From Magallana gigas (lineage: Eukaryota), in assembly GCF_963853765.1 (NCBI RefSeq), contig NC_088857.1, forward strand, positions 38,068,001-38,132,000: a DNA stretch of 64,000 bases. Reading direction: 5' to 3'. Position 1 is the stretch's first letter. Every line of letters begins with the position of its first letter. The notes under the pieces are model-generated. The model was not told the DNA's origin. It saw only the letters and a list, made by a program, of their open reading frames with translations, and did no database searches. Both the position numbers and the translations under genes were made by a program. Shown here piece after piece: positions 37,291 through 47,925 of this stretch.

Positions 37291-38100
37291 AAACAAAAAC
37301 ATAGCCCACAGGCCTTGACGGTTACCTGAGTACCATAGCCCTTAGATTGCCATGTCAGAGATTCTCATGTTTGCATTTCAAGCTTCTTTTTTTTTAAAGT
37401 CTAAACCCTAATCTGAGACTCATACATGTGTGTGTGTGTGTGTTGGGGGGGGGGGGGGTCAAAAGTCGAAAGAATATTGGATGGTCTACATTGATGTTCA
37501 ATATAAAGCCATATTTATCACCCTTTCACCCCATGGCTAAGGTGGTGAATTTTACAATTTAGATTAGGACATTATGAACATACCAACAACTTAATCGCTC
37601 ACGATTGTGAAAGTGCAGAAGAAAATATTATCAAACCAATACATTTTCACTATGTTGCCATATTGAACCCATCCTAGGACCTGAACCCCCCTGTCTCAGG
37701 GACCATGAAGTAGAGGGCTTCATGGGCATCAAACTTACCAAACATTTAGTTTTCCTCAAATAATTATTTGAGCAGAGAAAAAATATGGTCATGACCCCAG
37801 ACCTGAATTCCTCTCCCAGGGGTCATGGATTTCACAATATAGATAGAGAACTTCTTGGACATCATGACCATGCATTTGATTTTCTCAAATGTATACTGGA
37901 GTAAAGAAGAGGATGTAGTACATTTTACTATATAATCTACTATAACCGTATAATTGTTTACCCACATGTGTGTGAGTAGAAAAAAGGAATTAAGTAAATT
38001 TGGCCTTTTTTGCATATTTAGCCTCGCCTATTAGGCCTCAGGTGTGGTAAAGCCATAAATTCCCCTAACCATTAAGATTCTTTACACTAAAAATGGTAAC
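37291..38100 (-). mobile_element. Degenerate HINE-like remnant in reverse orientation
   Basis: AAACAAAAACATAGCCCACAGGCCTTGACGGTTACCTGAGT resembles the reverse complement of the HINE 3' end; downstream degenerate CCCAGGGGTCATG-type satellite-like motifs. The far boundary is uncertain. Confidence 0.35.
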
Positions 38101-38931
38101 GTTTGGCCTTTTAGTTTTCAAAAAGAAATTAAACAAAACATTTTGGGTGGCATTGCGTTCCAATAAAGGATACATACAATAGCGAATAAGCTTTCCCCAT
38201 ACTTTTTTAAAGACTGTCCCCAAAAAATTGCGGAAAGGGGTCGTTAAAAATGTTGTTTTTACAAGTAAAAAAAACGCCGGTTTCAAAATACTTTTAAACT
38301 TCAGCTAAAAAGGTGTGAGCATTTGATTAAATTCAGTCTTATATGGCATTGTTCCTTTCGCATATTGGTAATGATTATTGGGTCTATTTTCTGGCACAAC
38401 AGTTTTTTTATCACCTAGCTCAAAACATCTCGTTTAATGGCTGTGTATCTATTATTCATATATATCCTGAAAACATGCTGTTATTCATATCCTGACTATT
38501 AAGAGCGATAGTTTTGAATTCAAAACAATGGTAGTTAGATACGTCATTCAGATTAACAGATAATGGTTGAAAACTCTTTCCATCACTTACTAACGAGTTC
38601 ATATTCATTATATATCAGTAAAAATTATCTTTTAGAATTAGTTCTATTTTTTTTTTAACGTAAGTTTTACAACGTAAACTTGAAAAAATCGATATCCGAA
38701 GACCAATGACTAAATGGTGATAATAAAATGTTTGAGAAAATATATAAAATATTACACGTACACACAAAGTTGATCACACCAGATATCAAAATTGTAATGA
38801 TTGAAAAAAGCCCAAGTCTGATCCAATTAAATAAAAAATAACTTTATTGGCCACTGTAACATGAGATCAAATACATTTTCGATAAAACATATTCCTTCGC
38901 TTTCAATTTTATGAACATGTATCTTCATTCT

Positions 38932-39171
38932 TCACTTCCGAATGGCATCTGCGCATGCTCGTCTGATCTTACGGTCACACATGCAGCAATATTCAAAAGA
39001 AGGTCCATACATTTCCCCACACGGTCCACACACTGGATTCAAAAGCTTAAACTGTATCAACGGAATCTCATCTTGGTCGCAAGGTTCACAAGGTAGCTTT
39101 CCTTTTACATCAACTATGTATTTGGCACTGCAGATTACAGTAAAGGCAGCAAGAACAATCAAAGACTTCAT
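38932..39171 (-). CDS. Small secreted cysteine-rich peptide, 79 aa (8 Cys in the predicted mature part)
   Basis: Signal peptide MKSLIVLAAFTVICSA; framework C-x2-C-x16-C-x2-C-x10-CC-x-C-x7-C; splice acceptor at 39188-39189, 16 nt upstream of the ATG; upstream non-coding exon and TATA box. Confidence 0.8.
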   Translation of the reverse strand: MKSLIVLAAFTVICSAKYIVDVKGKLPCEPCDQDEIPLIQFKLLNPVCGPCGEMYGPSFEYCCMCDRKIRRACADAIRK

Positions 39172-39995
39172 TCTAGCTCTTAGCGACCTTCAAGTTTGAG
39201 AAAAAGAGAATATTTCATTAAAAAATTGATTCAAACCAGGAATAGATTACTTCTATTGAAACAAAGATCTACCAAGTACGATTTCTGTCAATTTTTTTCC
39301 AGGTAAGTACAGTATACTTATATATAAAATGTGCCTTTCCGATGCACGAATTACAGGTACATGTATTTATATTTTTCTTTATTTTTATAAACGACTTTTG
39401 TTAATTATGTTTTTGTATAGATATAACTTTCAATGGACTTATGATAAAATTGATTACCATTTATGGAATATCATGTCTGCATAGCACGCTTTTTCGCAAT
39501 AAATATCACCGTGAAGAAAGTAATAATAATGCATCGTGTTTTTTTTTCCATTGCTATGGAACACAATTACACCTGAAAACCCGACATACGTGTGTTATGT
39601 CGGCGTGAAAAGCTAGATATATACGAAGATTATTTTTTAGTCCAATAACCCTAATTTGTGCGATCGATTTAATACACAATGTGACATGCACATATCACAG
39701 AATGAGAAACGGTGTTATACTTATGCATGACATTCTAACTTTTGTTTCTGCGTTTTAAAAACTGTTACATTTCTTCAGGCATGTTTAAGTAAAATTTAAC
39801 ACGTTTGCCCCCAAATTTCTCGAAAAGTCAAAGGAAAAAGAGCTTTCTTTAAATTAAACTGTTCAATAGATATCCTGTCTGAAATCCTTAAAAGTATGAA
39901 ATAAAAAATAGATTTACAAAACAAATAAAACCCCTTAAGTAGTCAACAACCCACATAAGCGTAAGAGTGACTTAAAACTGAACAAAACTACTTAC

Positions 39996-40090
39996 TTTCG
40001 TTCAAACGTTCTTTGATTGTTGTTCTAGGAATCTGGACGCGAAACACACTACGGTCTCTCTGCTTATATAGCTAACGACCTTCTGATTGG
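39996..40090 (-). promoter_or_regulatory. Core promoter and non-coding first exon of the Cys-rich peptide gene
   Basis: Minus strand: CCAAT (40086-40090), TATATAA (40064-40070), a short exon of about 40 nt and the donor GTAAGT at 39995-39990. Confidence 0.55.
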
Positions 40091-40592
40091 CTTATCCATC
40101 ACGTAGAACCGATGGCATGAAAGCTCCTAAGTGCGCGCCTCTTAAAGGGGAGTTGCTGATGAATCGGGGAATAATTCTAGATCCAACCGTCTTGTCACAG
40201 GCAGGTGACTTGCACATAGCAACATAACAGCCAATCTATCGTTATTGGAAGGAAATTAAAATCGTAAGTGTCTGCTTCAAGAGGTGATGACAAAGTATCT
40301 AACATGGCGCTCTGACGCGAGATTGCTTTAACTTCTCGGTCATAAACTGTCGTTTTTCCCCTTTATTTTTTAACAGGCTAAAACATCGGGTAACTGACCG
40401 ACCGGATTGTGTCAAGTTGACCCAAAATCTACGCACATTTTTGAAAAGAAGTATCGTCCGCTTCATTTAAACACTTACAACTTCCTGACCTTTTTCTTAA
40501 ATCTTTTGTCAAAAGCAAATGATACTGTTATACTATATACATGTACACAGCAAAATAATGCAAAATAACGACTCAAGCAACAATAGAATGTC

Positions 40593-40595
<3 letters not shown>

Positions 40596-40655
<60 letters not shown>
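40596..40655. repeat. (AG)n microsatellite
   Basis: Uninterrupted run. Confidence 0.98.
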
Positions 40656-40657
<2 letters not shown>

Positions 40658-41349
40658 GTATTTTCGACCTACAAAGATAAAAATATATTTAAGCTATAAA
40701 CTAATCTCATGTGAAAATCACACTTAAAATAAGGCAGGCATTTTAATTCTATTTAATTTGTCAGTTCACTATTTTTCACTTTGGAATATTGAAACCTGTA
40801 CGAAAATTGTGTTTCCACGTTTACAGCACGCCTTGAGATTATAAAAATACAACCTAGCGAAAGATTCTTTCACGCAAAAAGAGCCAGATTATAAATAAGA
40901 TTTATTCACATCCAGCTGCTTTGGTAAAGGAAGTGTTCAATAAAACAAAGATAGGAACAGCCCTTTAAAGAAAATAATCTTTCTAAAATAAAAATAATAA
41001 TAAAAGTGGTCATACCCTAAAAATTGGAGATTATAATTTGTGCAATGAAAAAACCCTAAGGTGTTTGTGTGTTCAACTTATCGTAACGATCTACAATGTA
41101 GAATGCATATTTTCCCAAGGACCAGTAAAGTGAAGGTGAATCTACATATTTTGCATATGTAAAAATAATAGATGAAAGTTCAAGTGAATCATTTGCAAGA
41201 GACACAATTAGGCTAAATATGCAACAAAAAAATCTTTTGAAAATTTGTCTCAATTCAACAGGAATTCGAAAAGATATGAAAATAAAGCACTGATAACGTT
41301 ATTATTTACATCAAATAATTATTTGAATTTATAGACATTACACTGTTTT

Positions 41350-42065
41350 GAAGTTAAATTGGGTCAAAGGTAGATATTATAAGTCAAGTAAGCGATAATT
41401 GTTTATCTATTGGGATTATGAGTAAATACCACATTCCCAATTAAAATACAAAATTCAAGTCTTGAAATGGCATTGTGTTAAATAGCCGGGGTCGTAAATC
41501 AAAATTGCTCGTAAAGTAGTTAATGTTTTTTTTTTCACAAGACAATTTGATTTCGATAACAGTTGAAAATAATAAACTTTCAGGGGGGGGGGGGGGGGGG
41601 CAATAAAACCAAAACGTAAGTACAGCTTTAACATTAGAAGATTATCTAATACAATAAAGATAACATAGTATGGTACTGCAAAACACTTATTGGCATTTTA
41701 TAAAATTCTTAAATTGTTAAAATAAACCCTTTAAAATGGGTGTGCACTAAATTAATTTTTTTTGTCATAATTACCCCCATTTTTCTTTTTCTATGATTCT
41801 GTTAAACAATAGGCAGATTTTGAGCCCCAGTGCAAATAGTTGCATGTATTCTCAACGGAGGAAGCAATACGTGTGAAAATCAAAGGAATAGAAAACTAAA
41901 AAAGAAGCAGACGAGGAATGATTCGTTGAAGAAGAGAGCAAATACAATAATAGATGACGATGAATGACGTCATTGTAATTATCATAAGTACCATGTTTGA
42001 TTCCATTTCATATCCGTTTTCTTAAATGTATACTTTTAAAGAAACACTTCCCTACAAACTGTTTA
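41350..42065 (+). pseudogene. Decayed partial tandem duplicate of the C-type lectin locus
   Basis: Collinear matches to about 42510-43610: CCGGGGTCGTAAATCAAA (41486 vs 42679), ATAAACTTTCAGGG, CTATGATTCTGTTA plus an exon-2-like GCAGATTTTGAGCCCCAGTGCAAATAG (ADFEPQCK*, in-frame stop), and TTCCCTACAAACTGTT. No exon-1 equivalent. Confidence 0.65.
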
Positions 42066-42983
42066 ATTCTTTTTTGGCGATAGATTTATTGTTTACCTAC
42101 GAAAGTGAGCTCAAGAGGCTTTCGTACGAAAACAAAAGATGGGCCAGCTCGCTAAAGAAAGTAATATTTCGAAAGAAAATGTCGGCTTTTATCTATGAAA
42201 ATGATATCAAAGTAGTCTTATGTTAGAAAATGGAGGCTACAATTTGTGAGATGCAAAATAACAAAGGGTTTGTATGTCCAATTTATCTTGAAACGATCAT
42301 TACGGTAGGATGCATATTTTCCCGAGGACCAAAAAAAGGGCTACAAAGAGAATCCATATATTTTTTTACATGATATAAAAATACATTTAAATTTGATTTA
42401 ATTGCATTTTTTAAACAAGTATCAGAACAAATAATGAAAATAAACCATTGATAAGTCAATTTGTGTGTAAATGTTGGTTTGAATTTAGGCATGACGTTGT
42501 AATTAGCAAAGAACTTTAGTCAAAGGTAAATATTAGTCAAAGTGGAGTCAAGTGAGCAACGTTGTGTATTGATGAAATGTATAAGCTAATATCTGAGCTG
42601 ATTCAGGATCACTATCAACCTAAAGTAGAAACGTGGTCAATTCAATTGAGCCTTGAAAAAACGAAGTGTTTAAAAAATCCGGGGTCGTAAATCAAATAAA
42701 TATACCCAGTATTGCTTACATACCAAGACATGTTTTTTTTTAAACAAGGAAAGTTCATTTTCGATGGCAGTGGTGGAAATATAAACTTTCAGGGAACAAT
42801 AAAAGCCAATTGAAAAAAAACCCGCAAGTACAGCTCAAACATTAAAAGACGATTTATGGCCCCTGCTTAAGGTACCAGCTTGTAGTCAACACATATCCAC
42901 GTGTCAAATTTCTATAAAAACCGCTCGAAAACAGTGTAATTCACAGATGTACTAGGGTACATGGTAAGTAGAATTTATGAACG

Positions 42984-44415
42984 ATGGCATCCTGTATCCT
43001 CATTGTCATGGCTGTCATAGTCCTTGATGGTAGCTTTGCTCAAAACGAAGAAAAGACTTTGAAGAAAGAATTGTCTGATCTCCATTACAAGCTCTTTAAG
43101 ACACTTCAGAACCAGACCAATATGATTAAGGTAAGATACTAATACCAGTAATCTAACATGCTGCATTGCAAATACCTTTTTAAAAAGTGAGCACTTTTTT
43201 AAAATATTTGTAAGAGTGTCGCACCGCATCGCATGTTGTCTGCTATAATTTTGCATTTTAAATTTAATTAATTCAGATTGAGCAACGAAAAGTGAAAAAC
43301 GAGAATTTGAATCGTGACTTTATTCATCTTCTATGATTCTGTTATACAGATGGCAGTTTTTGAAACCCAGTGCAACGTAAATGGTTGTACCTTCAACGGA
43401 TGTGGCGGCCGAGAAAACAACACATGTGAAAATGAAGTATTCAAAAAACTAAACCAGATTCAAAGTAGTGTTGATTCGTTGAAAAACAGCGTAACATCAA
43501 TTAAAGGTTGATAATTCCAATTATCAGTAGTTTTTAATTGTTTCCTTTCCTTTTCGTTTTCTACTTATAAAAAATATATATTTTTAAAGACTACTTCCCT
43601 ACAAACTGTTGAGTCTCCAATCTTTAGGTTGCAAACAAGGCTGGAAATCGTTCAAAGGTCACTGCTACTTGCTAATAAAAATACCAGTGAATTGGTTCGA
43701 GGGACAGGTTGGTGCAGTACTACATAAATTGTTTTCATAAAGACAACTATTTTCTTATTTCTTTTTTTTTTTTATAACCAATATATCTTTTTCAATTTCT
43801 TGTTTAGATGAAGTGTAGAGAATACGGAGCAACATTAGTTCAAATTGACACTGCACAGGAAAATAACTGGATCTTGAAAAACTTTCCAAAGGGTACAGTA
43901 GAAAAAAAATACATTTTTCTACTTTATATTGAACGATCAGTGTATTTTCTTCCGAATGACAAAAAAAAATATTCATTTTGTTTTTTAAAAAAATGTATGA
44001 AGCTGTTACAAACCCAATACATTTAATGAAAGAATCTAATGACTACAACAGTCCGTTTCTGGCTCGATCATACTGATGTGGGCAAAGAGGGTAGATGGAA
44101 AATGTTCTCGACTGGAAAGTCCCCAACCTTTTCTTTCTGGTCTCCAGGACAACCTGATAACCACAGAGGTTCACAAAACTGTGGTTATTCTTACTTCAAC
44201 AAGAACACGGGAGCGTGGGATGACGGTGGTTGCTCCGCGAGGTTTTGGATAATTTGTGAAATTTCAGGTAAATGAAATATCAGTGACAATTTGTAAGATA
44301 TAAGTGAAAATATTAATGTAGTTAACGTGATTTTTTTCAATAATGCTAATAAAAAGGGATATAATGCAATCAATGAATACCTTCGATATTAATTTCTTTC
44401 TTTTTTTCAGGCTGA
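42984..44415 (+). CDS. Secreted C-type lectin (QPD/WDD), about 229 aa
   Basis: Exons 42984-43130, 43350-43506, 43628-43707, 43808-43892, 44052-44267, 44411-44415 (TGA), phase-consistent. Signal peptide, helical/4-Cys neck, long-form CTLD CKQGWKSFKGHCY...FWLDHTDVGKEGRW...WSPGQPDN...QNC...WDDGGC...ICE. Confidence 0.9.
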
Positions 44416-46280
44416 ATGCTGGAAGAGAAATGAAGTATATTAAGTAAAAAATTATACAGAGTGAATATGCTTTTAATGTAATTAACCTTTTAAAAAGAGA
44501 ATGAAATATACATGTTTGTCCCTTAAAATGCACGGCTTCTTACTTGCATTCTTGTTTTCTAATCCTACTGCACATAGGATTAGAAAACTATAATTTCCAA
44601 GCAATATTAATACACCGAAACAAAATCTTAAAACATAAATAATTTGTTAAAAGAAATTAATAATCTGTTATAAAACATTGACAACTTGTTATAAAAATAT
44701 TAATTGTAACAGATTACTAATTTGTTATAACAAATTCAGAATTGAAACAAATCAACTTCGACTGAATTCATGAAACAGACTTAAGTTAGTTGTAATTGGA
44801 GATGTTGTTGTAATGGCTAAATCCTGTGTTTGGTCAATATGTTAGCCCATTCTTTAAGAATTCAACACCATGTATTTTAATCAACCTGTATAAATAATTC
44901 AATATCTGTGCATAAAGACCATGACTTACCGAAGAAGGAACATAAGAAGCATATGCAAGATATAAGATGATTTGCCAATGTGACTGGCAATGTGCTTTCT
45001 AGTGTAATTGTAATGTAAGTTATGAGATGATGTTGTTACTGATATATCGCTATAGAGATTCGAATTAGTGATGTAAACAAAACAGGACCTGATCTTTAAT
45101 TACATAACAAAAAATTCTGAGCTTTGTATCTCACTTAAAACTCGACAACTCAAAACTCAGATGTTGGTTGACTCCAGATTCCTCCTTATGAAGGGCTAGT
45201 AAGAAAAAATTTGCATTTGTGTCGTGTTAGTTTCAGTTTTGGAAAATTACTTTTAACTGTCGTTTAAAGAAGAAATTTCATATTGGTCGTTGTCATAACT
45301 TGTGTATAGATTGGTTTCAATAGTTCTTCTTTTACATAGGTTTATTGCAACCAAAATTGTACGAAAATTTTTAGCTTTCTTAGTAAAACTGCACTTCGTT
45401 TAGGTTTTTGCCGTTCTTCTGTGATGAAATAAGATATTTATGTCTTTCAACTCAAAATTCTCTTTTAGTTAATTAAAAACAAGTACTAATATCTTTCAAA
45501 CTGTGAATTTTGTATTGGATGATACACATGTGTGAAGAGTGTATGATTGTGTTACCTCAAAATATGATAATAATCATTTGTCTCGCCAATGATTATCAGT
45601 TTCATCCTAGTAGGTTGAGATAATTAAAATTGTTAAATAAAATTAGTTTCTGTCTATCACTTTCACACGCTTTATGAGAGGGTTTTAAACCTTTTCCAAG
45701 TTTGACGCAGTAAACATGTTCACATACAAGTGCGGTTTTAATTTTTTTTCCCCGAGGAATATTCATGTTTGCCAGGGGGGATAGCTAGGGGATCCGATGG
45801 ATATACATATACGTTTTCTGGGGGAAGGGGTCGGGCATATTTTGGTAACTATATAAATTTAATCTATCAAAGGGGGGGGGGGGGGGAGGGGTTACTAATT
45901 CATAATCACAATTATCTTGTCACATTTAGCAATAATTATATTAATAAGCTTCTTTGCTTTAGAAAGAAAAGGGTATTAGCATAAAGCTTAATATGTCATC
46001 CAAGCCTTGATTCTCGAAGACTGTATCTTCAATATATTTAAATACTTTTATAAATGTTATCGGGTTTTTTTTCTAAATGGTGTGTAGATTTTACGATAAA
46101 TTCTACTTTTTTATATAACATGTAAGTACGTTAAAGTTTAGATATGTTGATATCATTTGTCGGAATGATTTCAGTTTATTAGCACATCAGTTTTATTTTA
46201 CCAGTTTTGTTTTATATACGTTAACTGTGAACTGACGTTTGCAGAATGTTTATCGAGCTCTTTTTCTATGTTTTTGTTGT

Positions 46281-47925
46281 TTTTTAGCTCACCTGAGCCG
46301 AAAGCTTAAGTGAGCTATTCTGTCACATTTTGTCTGTCGTCCGTCTGTCCGTACGTCTTCCCGTAAACTTTTCACATTTTTAACATCTTCTTCAGAAACG
46401 CTGGACCAATTTTAACCAAACTTGGCACAATGCACTCTTAGGCAAAGGGAATTCAAAGTTGTGAAATGAAGGACCACACCCTTTTACAAGGAGAGATAAT
46501 TAGGAATAATTGAAATTTTTGAGAAATCTTTAAAAATCTTCTCAAGAACCATTTGGCCAGGAAAGCTGAAACTTTTGTGGAAGCATCCTCAGGTTGTGTA
46601 GATTCAAAGTTGTGAAAAGTATGACCCCCAGGGGTAGGGTGGGGCCACAATTGAGGATCGAATTTTACACAGGAATATATAGAGTAAATCTTTAAAAATC
46701 TTCTTCTCATGATCCATTTTGCCAGGAAATCTTAAAACTTGTGTGGAAGAATCATCAGGTAGTGTAGATTCAAAATTGTGAAAATCGTGACCCCAAGGGG
46801 TAGGGTGGGGCCACAATGCGGGGGGAGGTGTTTGGAATTTTTACATACGAATAATTAGAGTAAATCTTTAAAATCTTCTTTTCAGAAACCAATCAGTCAA
46901 GAAAGCTGAAACTTATGTGGAAGCATCTTCAGGTGTTGTTGATTCAAAGTTGTGAAAAATCATGACTCCCAGGGCTAGGATGGGACCACAATGGGGGGGG
47001 GGGGGGTGTCGAATTTTACAAAGGAATAAATATAGTAAATCTTTAAAAATCTTCTCCTCATGAACTATTTCGCCAGGAAAGCTGAAACTTATGTGGAAGC
47101 ATCCTCAGGTAGTGTTGATTCAAATTTGTGAAAATCATGACACCCGGGGGTAGGATGGGATCACAATGGGGGGGGGGGATGGGGTGGGGTCGAATTTTAA
47201 CGTAGGAGTATATAGTGAACAGTCTGTAAAAATCTTTTTCTCAGAAACTAATCAACTATGAAAGCTTATACTTGTGTGGAAGCATCGTCAGGTTGTGTAG
47301 ATTCAAGTTTATTCAAATCATGATCCACGGGGGTAGGATGGGGAAATCTTTACGTAGGAATATATAAATAAAATCTTCTAAAAACCATGTGCCTAAAAAA
47401 GCTGTTACTTAGGTGAAAGCAACTTCAGATAGTGTGGATTCAAATTTGTTAAAATCAAAATTTTGAGTAGTAGGGTGGGGCTACATTGGGGATCTAGTTG
47501 TACAAAGGAAAACATTTTAAATGTTCATTAAAACTGAAATGTTATCATGTATGATTTTACTTATATACAAGAGCATTTTGACATATTGCTGATTCTTTAA
47601 AATTGATTAGACATTAGTCCCTGGACGATTCAAGGGGTTCAGAATATGATGTAGGTTTATATCCCGTTTATAAACAATTGTTTAAAATCTTTTTGAGATC
47701 TGCAATGCTCAACGTGTGATATGACTATACAATCATCTGGGACTGGATCATAAACACATGAATATCCGGAGGGAAGGGGGGAATAGTCTTTAATTTATAC
47801 AGGATCTACATGTAATATACTAGTACCACACTGTCCACATATTTTTTTATTATGACTCCATTAAGCTGATTTAATCATGCAATTTGTTGTTCAGGTGAGC
47901 GATGTGGCCCATGGGCGTCTTGTTT
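46281..47925 (+). mobile_element. HINE (non-autonomous Helentron) with an internal Cg170-like satellite array
   Basis: 5' TTTTTAGCTCACCTGAGCCGAAAGCTTAAGTGAGC plus TCCG/TCTG microsatellite; 3' TCAGGTGAGCGATGTGGCCCATGGGCGTCTTGTTT; central tandem repeats. Confidence 0.88.
46451..47460 (+). repeat. Tandem satellite monomers of about 166-180 bp (Cg170-like)
   Basis: The anchor GATTCAAA(G/A/T)TTGTGAAAA recurs at 46601, 46767, 46941, 47117, 47300 and 47437 (periods 166, 174, 176, 183, 137), with a partial first unit at 46451. Confidence 0.85.
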
